A stretch of DNA of 64,000 nt, taken from Eledone cirrhosa. Taxonomy: Eukaryota. Of this stretch, positions 26,063 to 41,516 are shown in pieces. The DNA lies in NCBI GenBank assembly GCA_964016885.1, contig OZ024764.1, forward strand, positions 9,424,001 through 9,488,000, written 5' to 3'. The translations under genes and the position numbers were made by a program. Numbering within the stretch: the stretch's first letter is position 1; the number at the start of each line of letters is the position of its first letter. The notes beneath the pieces are model-generated. The model was not told where the DNA came from, did not search any database, and saw nothing but the letters and a program-made list of their open reading frames with translations.

Positions 26063-29000
26063 ACATTAGATAATGTAGTCCTAGATACACTGTGTCTGTA
26101 TATAAGACAGGACACATTAGATAATGTAGTCCTAGGTACACTGTGTCTGTATATAAGACAGGACACATTAGATAATGTAGTCCTAGGTACACTGTTTGTA
26201 TATAAGAGAGGACACATTAGATAATGTAGTCCTAGGTACACTGTGTCTGTATATAAGACAGGACACATTAGATAATGTAGTCCTAGATAGACTGTGTCTG
26301 TATATAAGACAGGGCACATTAGATAATGTAGTCCTAGATAGACTGTGTCTGTATATAAGACAGGACACATTAGATAATGTAGTCCTAGATAGACTGTGTC
26401 TGTATATAAGACAGGGCACATTAGATAATGTAGTCCTAGATAGACTGTGTCTGTATATAAGACAGGACACATTAGATAATGTAGTCCTAGATAGACTGTG
26501 TCTGTATATAAGACAGGACACATTAGATAATGTAGTCCTAGATAGACTGTGTCTGTATATAAGACAGGACACATTAGATAATGTAGTCCTAGGTACACTG
26601 TGTCTGTATATAAGACAGGACACATTAGATAATGTAGTCCTAGATACACTGTGTCTGTATATAAGACAGGACACATTAGATAATGTAGTCCTAGATAGAC
26701 TGTGTCTGTATATAAGACAGGACACATTAGATAATGTAGTCCTAGGTACACTGTGTCTGTATATAAGACAGGACACATTAGATAATGTAGTCCTAGATAC
26801 ACTGTGTCTGTATATAAGACAGGACACATTAGATAATGTAGTCCTAGATAGACTGTGTCTGTATATAAGACAGGACACATTAGATAATGTAGTCCTAGGT
26901 ACACTGTGTCTGTATATAAGACAGGACACATTAGATAATGTAGTCCTAGATACACTGTGTCTGTATATAAGACAGGACACATGAGATAATGTAGTCCTAG
27001 ATAGACTGTGTCTGTATATAAGACAGGACACATTAGATAATGTAGTCCTAGGTATACTGTGTCTGTATATAAGACAGGACACATTAGATAATGTAGTCCT
27101 AGATACACTGTGTCTGTATATAAGACAGGACACATTAGATAATGTAGTCCTAGATAGACTGTGTCTGTATATAAGACAGGACACATTAGATAATGTAGTC
27201 CGAGGTACACTGTGTCTGTATATAAGACAGGACACATTAGATAGTGTAGTCCTAGGTACACTGTGTCTGTATATAAGACAGGACACATTAGATAATGTAG
27301 TCCTAGGTACACTGTGTCTGTATATAAGACAGGACACATTAGATAATGTAGTCCTAGGTACACTGTGTCTGTATATAAGACAGGACACATTAGATAATGT
27401 AGTCCTAGGTACACTGTGTCTGTATATAAGACAGGACACATTAGATAATGTAGTCCTAGGTACACTGTGTCTGTATATAAAACAGGACACATTAGATAAT
27501 GTAGTCCTAGGTACACTGTGTCTGTATATAAGACAGGACACATTAGATAATGTAGTCCTAGGTACACTGTGTCTGTATATAAGACAGGACACATTAGATA
27601 ATGTAGTCCTAGGTACACTGTGTCTGTATATAAGACAGGACACATTAGATAATGTAGTCCTAGATAGACTGTGTCTGTATATAAGACAGGACACATTAGA
27701 TAATGTAGTCCTAGGTACACTGTGTCTGTATATAAGACAGGACACATTAGATAGTGTAGTCCTAGGTACACTGTGTCTGTATATAAGACAGGACACATTA
27801 GATAATGTAGTCCTAGGTACACTGTGTCTGTATATAAGACAGGACACATTAGATAATGTAGTCCTAGGTACACTGTGTCTGTATATAAGACAGGACACAT
27901 TAGATAATGTAGTCCTAGGTACACTGTGTCTGTATATAAAACAAGACACATTAGATAATGTAGTCCTAGGTACACTGTGTCTGTATATAAGACAGGACAC
28001 ATTAGATAATGTAGTCCTAGGTACACTGTGTCTGTATATAAGACAGGACACATTAGATAATGTAGTCCTAGGTATACTGTGTCTGTATATAAAACAGGAC
28101 ACATTAGATAATGTAGTCCTAGGTACACTGTGTCTGTATATAAGACAGGACACATTAGATAATGTAGTCCTAGGTACACTGTGTCTGTATATATGACAGG
28201 ACACATTAGATAATGTAGTCCTAGATACACTGTGTCTGTATATAAGACAGGACACATTAGATAATGTAGTCCTAGGTACACTGTGCCTGTATATAAAACA
28301 GGACACATTAGATAATGTAGTCCTAGGTAGACTGTGTCTGTATATAAGACAGGACACATTAGATAATGTAGTCCTAGATACACTGTGTCTGTATATAAGA
28401 CAGGCCACATTAGATAATGTAGTCCTAGGTACACTGTGTCTGTATATAAGACAGGACACATTAGATAGTGTAGTCCTAGATATACTGTGTCTATATAAGA
28501 CAGGACACATTAGATAATGTAGTCCTAGGTACACTGTGTCTGTATATAAGACAGGACACATTAGATAATGTAGTCCTAGGTAGACTGTCTGTATATAAGA
28601 CAGGACACATTAGATAATGTAGTCCTAGATACACTGTGTCTGTATATAAGACAGGACACATTAGATAATGTAGTCCTAGGTACACTGTGTCTGTATATAA
28701 GACAGGACACATTAGATAATGTAGTCCTAGATACACTGTGTCTGTATATAAGACAGGACACATTAGATAATGTAGTCCTAGATACACTGTGTCTGTATAT
28801 AAGACAGGACACATTAGATAATGTAGTCCTAGATACACTGTGTCTGTATATAAGACAGGACACATTAGATAATGTAGTCCTAGATAGACTGTGTCTGTAT
28901 ATAAGACAGGACACATTAGATAATGTAGTCCTAGGTATACTGTGTCTGTATATAAGACAGGACACATTAGATAATGTAGTGCTAGATACACTGTGTCTGT

Positions 29001-32000
29001 ATATAAGACAGGACACATTAGATAATGTAGTCCTAGATAGACTGTGTCTGTATATAAGACAGGACACATTAGATAATGTAGTCCTAGGTACACTGTGTCT
29101 GTATATAAGACAGGACACATTAGATAATGTAGTCCTAGATAGACTGTGTCTGTATATAAGACAGCACACATTAGATAATGTAGTCCTAGGTACACTGTGT
29201 CTGTATATAAGACAGGACACATTAGATAATGTAGTCCTAGATAGACTGTGTCTGTATATAAGACAGGACACATTAGATAATGTAGTCCTAGGTACACCGT
29301 GTCTGTATATAAGACAGGACACATTAGATAATGTAGTCCTAGATAGACTGTGTCTGTATATAAGACAGGACACATTAGATAATGTAGTCCTAGGTACACT
29401 GTGTCTGTATATAAGACAGGACACATTAGATAGTGTAGTCCTAGGTACACTGTGTCTGTATATAAGACAGGACACATTAGATAATGTAGTCCTAGGTACA
29501 CTGTGTCTGTATATAAGACAGGACACATTAGATAATGTAGTCCTAGGTACACTGTGTCTGTATATAAGACAGGACACATTAGATAATGTAGTCCTAGGTA
29601 CACTGTGTCTGTATATAAGACAGGACACATTAGATAATGTAGTCCTAGGTACACTGTGTCTGTATATAAAACAGGACACATTAGATAATGTAGTCCTAGG
29701 TACACTGTGTCTGTATATAAGACAGGACACATTAGATAATGTAGTCCTAGGTACACTGTGTCTGTATATAAGACAGGACACATTAGATAATGTAGTCCTA
29801 GGTACACTGTGTCTGTATATAAGACAGGACACATTAGATAATGTAGTCCTAGATAGACTGTGTCTGTATATAAGACAGGACACATTAGATAATGTAGTCC
29901 TAGGTACACTGTGTCTGTATATAAGACAGGACACATTAGATAATGTAGTCCTAGGTACACTGTGTCTGTATATAAGACAGGACACATTAGATAGTGTAGT
30001 CCTAGGTACACTGTGTCTGTATATAAGACAGGACACATTAGATAATGTAGTCCTAGGTACACTGTGTCTGTATATAAGACAGGACACATTAGATAATGTA
30101 GTCCTAGGTACACTGTGTCTGTATATAAGACAGGACACATTAGATAATGTAGTCCTAGGTACACTGTGTCTGTATATAAGACAGGACACATTAGATAATG
30201 TAGTCCTAGGTACACTGTGTCTGTATATAAGACAGGACACATTAGATAATGTAGTCCTAGGTACACTGTGTCTGTATATAAGACAGGACACATTAGATAA
30301 TGTAGTCCTAGGTACACTGTGTCTGTATATAAGACAGGACACATTAGATAATGTAGTCCTAGGTATACTGTGTCTGTATATAAAACAGGACACATTAGAT
30401 AATGTAGTCCTAGGTACACTGTGTCTGTATATAAGACAGGACACATTAGATAATGTAGTCCTAGGTACACTGTGTCTGTATATATGACAGGACACATTAG
30501 ATAATGTAGTCTTAGATACACTGTGTCTGTATATAAGACAGGACACATTAGATAATGTAGTCCTAGATACACTGTGTCTGTATATAAGACAGGACACATT
30601 AGATAATGTAGTCCTAGGTACACTGTGCCTGTATATAAGACAGGACACATTAGATAGTGTAGTCCTAGGTACACTGTGTCTGTATATAAGACAGGACACA
30701 TTAGATAATGTAGTCCTAGGTACACTGTGTCTGTATATATGACAGGACACATTAGATAATGTAGTCCTAGGTAGACTGTGTCTGTATATAAGACAGGACA
30801 CATTAGATAATGTAGTCCTAGATACACTGTGTCTGTATATAAGACAGGCCACATTAGATAATGTAGTCCTAGGTACACTGTGTCTGTATATAAGACAGGA
30901 CACATTAGATAGTGTAGTCCTAGATATACTGTGTCTATATAAGACAGGACACATTAGATAATGTAGTCCTAGGTACACTGTGTCTGTATATAAGACAGGA
31001 CACATTAGATAATGTAGTCCTAGGTAGACTGTCTGTATATAAGACAGGACACATTAGATAATGTAGTCCTAGATACACTGTGTCTGTATATAAGACAGGA
31101 CACATTAGATAATGTAGTCCTAGATACATTGTGTCTGTATATAAGACAGGCCACATTAGATAATGTAGTCCTAGGTACACTGTGTCTGTATATAAGACAG
31201 GACACATTAGATAATGTAGTCCTAGATACACTGTGTCTGTATATAAGACAGGACACATTAGATAGTGTAGTCCTAGATACACTGTGTCTGTATATAAGAC
31301 AGGACACATTAGATAGTGTAGTCCTAGATACACTGTGTCTGTATATAAGACAGGACACATTAGATAATGTAGTCCTAGATACACTGTGTCTGTATATAAG
31401 ACAGGACACATTAGATAGTGTAGTCCTAGATACACTGTGTCTGTATATAAGACAGGACACATTAGATAGTGTAGTCCTAGATACACTGTGTCTGTATATA
31501 AGACAGGACACATTAGATAATGTAGTCCTAGGTACACTGTGTCTGTATATAAGACAGGACACATTAGATAATGTAGTCCTAGGTACACTGTGTCTGTATA
31601 TAAGACAGAACACATTAGATAATGTAGTCCTAGATACACTGTGTCTGTATATAAGACAGGCCACATTAGATAATGTAGTCCTAGGTACACTGTGTCTGTA
31701 TATAAGACAGGACACATTAGATAATGTAGTCCTAGATACACTGTGTCTGTATATAAGACAGGACACATTAGATAATGTAGTCCTAGATACACTGTCTGTA
31801 TGTAAGACAGGATACATTAGATAATGTAGTCCTAGATACACTGTGTCTGTATATAAGACAGGACACATTAGATAATGTAGTCCTAGGTACACTGTGTCTG
31901 TATATAAGACAGGACACATTAGATAATGTAGTCCTAGGTACACTGTGTCTGTATATAAGACAGGCCACATTAGATAATGTAGTCCTAGGTAGACTGTGTC

Positions 32001-35000
32001 TGTATATAAGACAGGCCACATTAGATAATGTAGTCCTAGGTACACTGTGTCTGTATATAAGACAGGCCACATTAGATAATGTAGTCCTAGGTACACTGTG
32101 TCTGTATATATGACAGGACACATTAGATAATGTAGTCCTAGATAGACTGTGTCTGTATATAAGACAGGCCACATTAGATAATGTAGTCCTAGGTACACTG
32201 TGTCTGTATATAAGACAGGACACATTAGATAATGTAGTCCTAGGTACACTGTGTCTGTATATATGACAGGACACATTAGATAATGTAGTCCTAGATAGAC
32301 TGTGTCTGTATATAAGACAGGCCACATTAGATAATGTAGTCCTAGGTACACTGTGTCTGTATATAAGACAGGCCACATTAGATAATGTAGTCCTAGGTAC
32401 ACTGTGTCTGTATATAAGACAGGCCACATTAGATAATGTAGTCCTAGATACACTGTGTCTGTATATAAGACAGGCCACATTAGATAATGTAGTCCTAGGT
32501 ACTTTGTCTGTATATAAGACAGGACACATTAGATAATGTAGTCCTAGATACACTGTGTCTGTATATAAGACAGGACACATTAGATAATGTAGTCCTAGAT
32601 AGACTGTGTCTGTATATAAGACAGGACACATTAGATAATGTAGTCCTAGATAGACTGTGTCTGTATATAAGACAGGACACATTAGATAATGTAGTCCTAG
32701 GTACACTGTGTCTGTATATAAGACAGGACACATTAGATAATGTAGTCCTAGATACACTGTGTCTGTATATAAGACAGGACACATTAGATAATGTAGTCCT
32801 AGATAGACTGTGTCTGTATATAAGACAGGACACATTAGATAATGTAGTCCTAGGTACACTGTGTCTGTATATAAGACAGGACACATTAGATAATGTAGTC
32901 CTAGATACACTGTGTCTGTATATAAGACAGGACACATTAGATAATGTAGTCCTAGATAGACTGTGTCTGTATATAAGACAGGACACATTAGATAATGTAG
33001 TCCTAGGTACACTGTGTCTGTATATAAGACAGGACACATTAGATAATGTAGTCCTAGATACACTGTGTCTGTATATAAGACAGGACACATTAGATAATGT
33101 AGTCCTAGGTACACTGTGTCTGTATATAAGACAGGACACATTAGATAATGTAGTCCTAGATACACTGTGTCTGTATATAAGACAGGACACATTAGATAAT
33201 GTAGTCCTAGGTACACTGTGTCTGTATATAAGACAGGACACATTAGATAATGTAGTCCTAGATACACTGTGTCTGTATATAAGACAGGACACATTAGATA
33301 ATGTAGTCCTAGATAGACTGTGTCTGTATATAAGACAGGACACATTAGATAATGTAGTCCTAGGTATACTGTGTCTGTATATAAGACAGGACACATTAGA
33401 TAATGTAGTCCTAGATACACTGTGTCTGTATATAAGACAGGACACATTAGATAATGTAGTCCTAGGTACACTGTGTCTGTATATAAGACAGGACACATTA
33501 GATAATGTAGTCCTAGGTACACTGTGTCTGTATATAAGACAGAACACATTAGATAATGTAGTCCTAGATACACTGTGTCTGTATATAAGACAGGCCACAT
33601 TAGATAATGTAGTCCTAGGTACACTGTGTCTGTATATAAGACAGAACACATTAGATAATGTAGTCCTAGATACACTGTGTCTGTATATAAGACAGGACAC
33701 ATTAGATAATGTAGTCCTAGATACACTGTCTGTATGTAAGACAGGATACATTAGATAATGTAGTCCTAGATACACTGTGTCTGTATATAAGACAGGACAC
33801 ATTAGATAATGTAGTCCTAGGTACACTGTGTCTGTATATAAGACAGGACACATTAGATAATGTAGTCCTAGGTACACTGTGTCTGTATATAAGACAGGCC
33901 ACATTAGATAATGTAGTCCTAGGTAGACTGTGTCTGTATATAAGACAGGCCACATTAGATAATGTAGTCCTAGGTACACTGTGTCTGTATATAAGACAGG
34001 CCACATTAGATAATGTAGTCCTAGGTACACTGTGTCTGTATATATGACAGGACACATTAGATAATGTAGTCCTAGATAGACTGTGTCTGTATATAAGACA
34101 GGCCACATTAGATAATGTAGTCCTAGGTACACTGTGTCTGTATATAAGACAGGACACATTAGATAATGTAGTCCTAGGTACACTGTGTCTGTATATATGA
34201 CAGGACACATTAGATAATGTAGTCCTAGATAGACTGTGTCTGTATATAAGACAGGCCACATTAGATAATGTAGTCTTAGGTACACTGTGTCTGTATATAA
34301 GACAGGCCACATTAGATAATGTAGTCCTAGGTACACTGTGTCTGTATATAAGACAGGCCACATTAGATAATGTAGTCCTAGATACACTGTGTCTGTATAT
34401 AAGACAGGCCACATTAGATAATGTAGTCCTAGGTACTTTGTCTGTATATAAGACAGGACACATTAGATAATGTAGTCCTAGATACACTGTGTCTGTATAT
34501 AAGACAGGACACATTAGATAATGTAGTCCTAGATAGACTGTGTCTGTATATAAGACAGGACACATTAGATAATGTAGTCCTAGATAGACTGTGTCTGTAT
34601 ATAAGACAGGACACATTAGATAATGTAGTCCTAGGTACACTGTGTCTGTATATAAGACAGGACACATTAGATAATGTAGTCCTAGATACACTGTGTCTGT
34701 ATATAAGACAGGACACATTAGATAATGTAGTCCTAGATAGACTGTGTCTGTATATAAGACAGGACACATTAGATAATGTAGTCCTAGGTACACTGTGTCT
34801 GTATATAAGACAGGACACATTAGATAATGTAGTCCTAGATACACTGTGTCTGTATATAAGACAGGACACATTAGATAATGTAGTCCTAGATAGACTGTGT
34901 CTGTATATAAGACAGGACACATTAGATAATGTAGTCCTAGGTACACTGTGTCTGTATATAAGACAGGACACATTAGATAATGTAGTCCTAGATACACTGT

Positions 35001-38000
35001 GTCTGTATATAAGACAGGACACATTAGATAATGTAGTCCTAGATAGACTGTGTCTGTATATAAGACAGGACACATTAGATAATGTAGTCCTAGGTATACT
35101 GTGTCTGTATATAAGACAGGACACATTAGATAATGTAGTCCTAGATACACTGTGTCTGTATATAAGACAGGACACATTAGATAATGTAGTCCTAGATAGA
35201 CTGTGTCTGTATATAAGACAGGACACATTAGATAATGTAGTCCTAGGTACACTGTGTCTGTATATAAGACAGGACACATTAGATAGTGTAGTCCTAGGTA
35301 CACTGTGTCTGTATATAAGACAGGACACATTAGATAATGTAGTCCTAGGTACACTGTGTCTGTATATAAGACAGGACACATTAGATAATGTAGTCCTAGG
35401 TACACTGTGTCTGTATATAAGACAGGACACATTAGATAATGTAGTCCTAGGTACACTGTGTCTGTATATAAGACAGGACACATTAGATAATGTAGTCCTA
35501 GGTACACTGTGTCTGTATATAAAACAGGACACATTAGATAATGTAGTCCTAGGTACACTGTGTCTGTATATAAGACAGGACACATTAGATAATGTAGTCC
35601 TAGGTACACTGTGTCTGTATATAAGACAGGACACATTAGATAATGTAGTCCTAGGTACACTGTGTCTGTATATAAGACAGGACACATTAGATAATGTAGT
35701 CCTAGATAGACTGTGTCTGTATATAAGACAGGACACATTAGATAATGTAGTCCTAGGTACACTGTGTCTGTATATAAGACAGGACACATTAGATAGTGTA
35801 GTCCTAGGTACACTGTGTCTGTATATAAGACAGGACACATTAGATAATGTAGTCCTAGGTACACTGTGTCTGTATATAAGACAGGACACATTAGATAATG
35901 TAGTCCTAGGTACACTGTGTCTGTATATAAGACAGGACACATTAGATAATGTAGTCCTAGGTACACTGTGTCTGTATATAAGACAGGACACATTAGATAA
36001 TGTAGTCCTAGGTACACTGTGTCTGTATATAAAACAAGACACATTAGATAATGTAGTCCTAGGTACACTGTGTCTGTATATAAGACAGGACACATTAGAT
36101 AATGTAGTCCTAGGTACACTGTGTCTGTATATAAGACAGGACACATTAGATAATGTAGTCCTAGGTATACTGTGTCTGTATATAAAACAGGACACATTAG
36201 ATAATGTAGTCCTAGGTACACTGTGTCTGTATATAAGACAGGACACATTAGATAATGTAGTCCTAGGTACACTGTGTCTGTATATATGACAGGACACATT
36301 AGATAATGTAGTCCTAGATACACTGTGTCTGTATATAAGACAGGACACATTAGATAATGTAGTCCTAGGTACACTGTGCCTGTATATAAAACAGGACACA
36401 TTAGATAATGTAGTCCTAGGTAGACTGTGTCTGTATATAAGACAGGACACATTAGATAATGTAGTCCTAGATACACTGTGTCTGTATATAAGACAGGCCA
36501 CATTAGATAATGTAGTCCTAGGTACACTGTGTCTGTATATAAGACAGGACACATTAGATAGTGTAGTCCTAGATATACTGTGTCTATATAAGACAGGACA
36601 CATTAGATAATGTAGTCCTAGGTACACTGTGTCTGTATATAAGACAGGACACATTAGATAATGTAGTCCTAGGTAGACTGTCTGTATATAAGACAGGACA
36701 CATTAGATAATGTAGTCCTAGATACACTGTGTCTGTATATAAGACAGGACACATTAGATAATGTAGTCCTAGGTACACTGTGTCTGTATATAAGACAGGA
36801 CACATTAGATAATGTAGTCCTAGATACACTGTGTCTGTATATAAGACAGGACACATTAGATAATGTAGTCCTAGATACACTGTGTCTGTATATAAGACAG
36901 GACACATTAGATAATGTAGTCCTAGATACACTGTGTCTGTATATAAGACAGGACACATTAGATAATGTAGTCCTAGATAGACTGTGTCTGTATATAAGAC
37001 AGGACACATTAGATAATGTAGTCCTAGGTATACTGTGTCTGTATATAAGACAGGACACATTAGATAATGTAGTCCTAGATACACTGTGTCTGTATATAAG
37101 ACAGGACACATTAGATAATGTAGTCCTAGATAGACTGTGTCTGTATATAAGACAGGACACATTAGATAATGTAGTCCTAGGTACACTGTGTCTGTATATA
37201 AGACAGGACACATTAGATAATGTAGTCCTAGATAGACTGTGTCTGTATATAAGACAGCACACATTAGATAATGTAGTCCTAGGTACACTGTGTCTGTATA
37301 TAAGACAGGACACATTAGATAATGTAGTCCTAGATAGACTGTGTCTGTATATAAGACAGGACACATTAGATAATGTAGTCCTAGGTACACCGTGTCTGTA
37401 TATAAGACAGGACACATTAGATAATGTAGTCCTAGATAGACTGTGTCTGTATATAAGACAGGACACATTAGATAATGTAGTCCTAGGTACACTGTGTCTG
37501 TATATAAGACAGGACACATTAGATAGTGTAGTCCTAGGTACACTGTGTCTGTATATAAGACAGGACACATTAGATAATGTAGTCCTAGGTACACTGTGTC
37601 TGTATATAAGACAGGACACATTAGATAATGTAGTCCTAGGTACACTGTGTCTGTATATAAGACAGGACACATTAGATAATGTAGTCCTAGGTACACTGTG
37701 TCTGTATATAAGACAGGACACATTAGATAATGTAGTCCTAGGTACACTGTGTCTGTATATAAAACAGGACACATTAGATAATGTAGTCCTAGGTACACTG
37801 TGTCTGTATATAAGACAGGACACATTAGATAATGTAGTCCTAGGTACACTGTGTCTGTATATAAGACAGGACACATTAGATAATGTAGTCCTAGGTACAC
37901 TGTGTCTGTATATAAGACAGGACACATTAGATAATGTAGTCCTAGATAGACTGTGTCTGTATATAAGACAGGACACATTAGATAATGTAGTCCTAGGTAC

Positions 38001-41000
38001 ACTGTGTCTGTATATAAGACAGGACACATTAGATAATGTAGTCCTAGGTACACTGTGTCTGTATATAAGACAGGACACATTAGATAGTGTAGTCCTAGGT
38101 ACACTGTGTCTGTATATAAGACAGGACACATTAGATAATGTAGTCCTAGGTACACTGTGTCTGTATATAAAACAGGACACATTAGATAATGTAGTCCTAG
38201 GTACACTGTGTCTGTATATAAGACAGGACACATTAGATAATGTAGTCCTAGGTACACTGTGTCTGTATATAAGACAGGACACATTAGATAATGTAGTCCT
38301 AGGTATACTGTGTCTGTATATAAAACAGGACACATTAGATAATGTAGTCCTAGGTACACTGTGTCTGTATATAAGACAGGACACATTAGATAATGTAGTC
38401 CTAGGTACACTGTGTCTGTATATATGACAGGACACATTAGATAATGTAGTCTTAGATACACTGTGTCTGTATATAAGACAGGACACATTAGATAATGTAG
38501 TCCTAGATACACTGTGTCTGTATATAAGACAGGACACATTAGATAATGTAGTCCTAGGTACACTGTGCCTGTATATAAGACAGGACACATTAGATAGTGT
38601 AGTCCTAGGTACACTGTGTCTGTATATAAGACAGGACACATTAGATAATGTAGTCCTAGGTACACTGTGTCTGTATATATGACAGGACACATTAGATAAT
38701 GTAGTCCTAGGTAGACTGTGTCTGTATATAAGACAGGACACATTAGATAATGTAGTCCTAGATACACTGTGTCTGTATATAAGACAGGCCACATTAGATA
38801 ATGTAGTCCTAGGTACACTGTGTCTGTATATAAGACAGGACACATTAGATAATGTAGTCCTAGGTAGACTGTCTGTATATAAGACAGGACACATTAGATA
38901 GTGTAGTCCTAGATATACTGTGTCTATATAAGACAGGACACATTAGATAATGTAGTCCTAGGTACACTGTGTCTGTATATAAGACAGGACACATTAGATA
39001 ATGTAGTCCTAGGTAGACTGTCTGTATATAAGACAGGACACATTAGATAATGTAGTCCTAGATACACTGTGTCTGTATATAAGACAGGACACATTAGATA
39101 ATGTAGTCCTAGATACATTGTGTCTGTATATAAGACAGGCCACATTAGATAATGTAGTCCTAGGTACACTGTGTCTGTATATAAGACAGGACACATTAGA
39201 TAATGTAGTCCTAGATACACTGTGTCTGTATATAAGACAGGACACATTAGATAGTGTAGTCCTAGATACACTGTGTCTGTATATAAGACAGGACACATTA
39301 GATAGTGTAGTCCTAGATACACTGTGTCTGTATATAAGACAGGACACATTAGATAGTGTAGTCCTAGATACACTGTGTCTGTATATAAGACAGGACACAT
39401 TAGATAATGTAGTCCTAGATACACTGTGTCTGTATATAAGACAGGACACATTAGATAGTGTAGTCCTAGATACACTGTGTCTGTATATAAGACAGGACAC
39501 ATTAGATAGTGTAGTCCTAGATACACTGTGTCTGTATATAAGACAGGACACATTAGATAATGTAGTCCTAGGTACACTGTGTCTGTATATAAGACAGGAC
39601 ACATTAGATAATGTAGTCCTAGGTACACTGTGTCTGTATATAAGACAGGACACATTAGATAATGTAGTCCTAGATACACTGTGTCTGTATATAAGACAGG
39701 CCACATTAGATAATGTAGTCCTAGGTACACTGTGTCTGTATATAAGACAGGACACATTAGATAATGTAGTCCTAGATACACTGTGTCTGTATATAAGACA
39801 GGACACATTAGATAATGTAGTCCTAGATACACTGTGTCTGTATGTAAGACAGGACACATTAGATAATGTAGTCCTAGATACACTGTGTCTGTATATAAGA
39901 CAGGACACATTAGATAATGTAGTCCTAGGTACACTGTGTCTGTATATAAGACAGGACACATTAGATAATGTAGTCCTAGGTACACTGTGTCTGTATATAA
40001 GACAGGCCACATTAGATAATGTAGTCCTAGGTACACTGTGTCTGTATATAAGACAGGCCACATTAGATAATGTAGTCCTAGGTAGACTGTGTCTGTATAT
40101 AAGACAGGCCACATTAGATAATGTAGTCCTAGGTACACTGTGTCTGTATATAAGACAGGCCACATTAGATAATGTAGTCCTAGGTACACTGTGTCTGTAT
40201 ATATGACAGGACACATTAGATAATGTAGTCCTAGATAGACTGTGTCTGTATATAAGACAGGCCACATTAGATAATGTAGTCCTAGGTACACTGTGTCTGT
40301 ATATAAGACAGGACACATTAGATAATGTAGTCCTAGGTACACTGTGTCTGTATATATGACAGGACACATTAGATAATGTAGTCCTAGATAGACTGTGTCT
40401 GTATATAAGACAGGCCACATTAGATAATGTAGTCCTAGGTACACTGTGTCTGTATATAAGACAGGCCACATTAGATAATGTAGTCCTAGGTACACTGTGT
40501 CTGTATATAAGACAGGCCACATTAGATAATGTAGTCCTAGATACACTGTGTCTGTATATAAGACAGGCCACATTAGATAATGTAGTCCTAGGTACTTTGT
40601 CTGTATATAAGACAGGACACATTAGATAATGTAGTCCTAGATACACTGTGTCTGTATATAAGACAGGACACATTAGATAATGTAGTCCTAGGTACACTGT
40701 GTCTGTATATAAGACAGGACACATTAGATAATGTAGTCCTAGATACACTGTGTCTGTATATAAGACAGGACACATTAGATAATGTAGTCCTAGGTACACT
40801 GTGTCTGTATATAAGACAGGACACATTAGATAATGTAGTCCTAGGTACACTGTGTCTGTATATAAGACAGGACACATTAGATAATGTAGTCCTAGATACA
40901 CTGTGTCTGTATATAAGACAGGCCACATTAGATAGTGTAGTCCTAGATACACTGTGTCTGTATATAAGACAGGACACATTAGATAGTGTAGTCCTAGGTA

Positions 41001-41062
41001 CACTGTGTCTGTATATAAGACAGGACACATTAGATAGTGTAGTCCTAGATACACTGTGTCTG
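26063..41062. repeat. 51-bp satellite, about 15 kb (about 294 copies), in KARS1 intron 2
   Basis: Unit ACACATTAGATAATGTAGTCCTAGGTACACTGTGTCTGTATATAAGACAGG. Confidence 0.98.
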
Positions 41063-41183
41063 AAACATGCTATTTAATTTTAAAAAAGTGAAACACGTGT
41101 AACCAACACCAACTACTACTACTACAATATTAACCACAGCCATTACAAAGAGGTTTGAATAATAAGGCAAATTTATTATTTAC

Positions 41184-41359
41184 CTTTTGCGAGAGAAGGT
41201 CGATGGTGGAGCAAGGTGGAAATGACGACGGAGAGACTGGGGGACTTCGACGTTGGTCGTCATCTGGGAGAGGGGAAGAATACGAATCACCCTGCTGTAG
41301 GCCTGTCCTGCAACTGACCGCAACAACAGATGGGAAACAGTAGCGCGGAGGCCGAGCAT
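41184..41359 (-). CDS. KARS1: Lysyl-tRNA synthetase alternative exon 2 (mitochondrial presequence; MLGLRATVSHLLLRSVAGQAYSRVIRILPLSQMTTNVEVPQSLRRHFHLAPPSTFSRK + AG)
   Basis: ACCATG at 41359, 58 codons + 2 nt, donor AG|GTAAAT, same phase as exon 1. Rich in Arg/Leu/Ser with a single acidic residue. Candidate acceptor CAG at 41435-41433 follows a long polypyrimidine tract. Confidence 0.85.
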
Positions 41360-41482
41360 GGTTTTTTTTTCGTGTTTGTTTGTTTAAAATCCCCTACGAA
41401 TGATTAGACACCGACCACACAGACCAGACTACCTGGCACCAAAGACATGAAGAAGAAGAAAAAGAAATAGGAAAATGAATGG

Positions 41483-41515
<33 letters not shown>

Positions 41516-41516
41516 A

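Noticed and set aside
26044-41054. 500-945 aa ORFs (MCPVLYTDTVYLGLHYL)n and (RHSVPRTTLSNVSCLIY)n
   Set aside because: The 51-bp unit is a multiple of 3 and happens to lack stops in several frames on both strands. Frameshifting indels are tolerated, and the array is intronic.
41155-41343. Plus-strand 62-aa ORF
   Set aside because: Antisense shadow of the mitochondrial exon.
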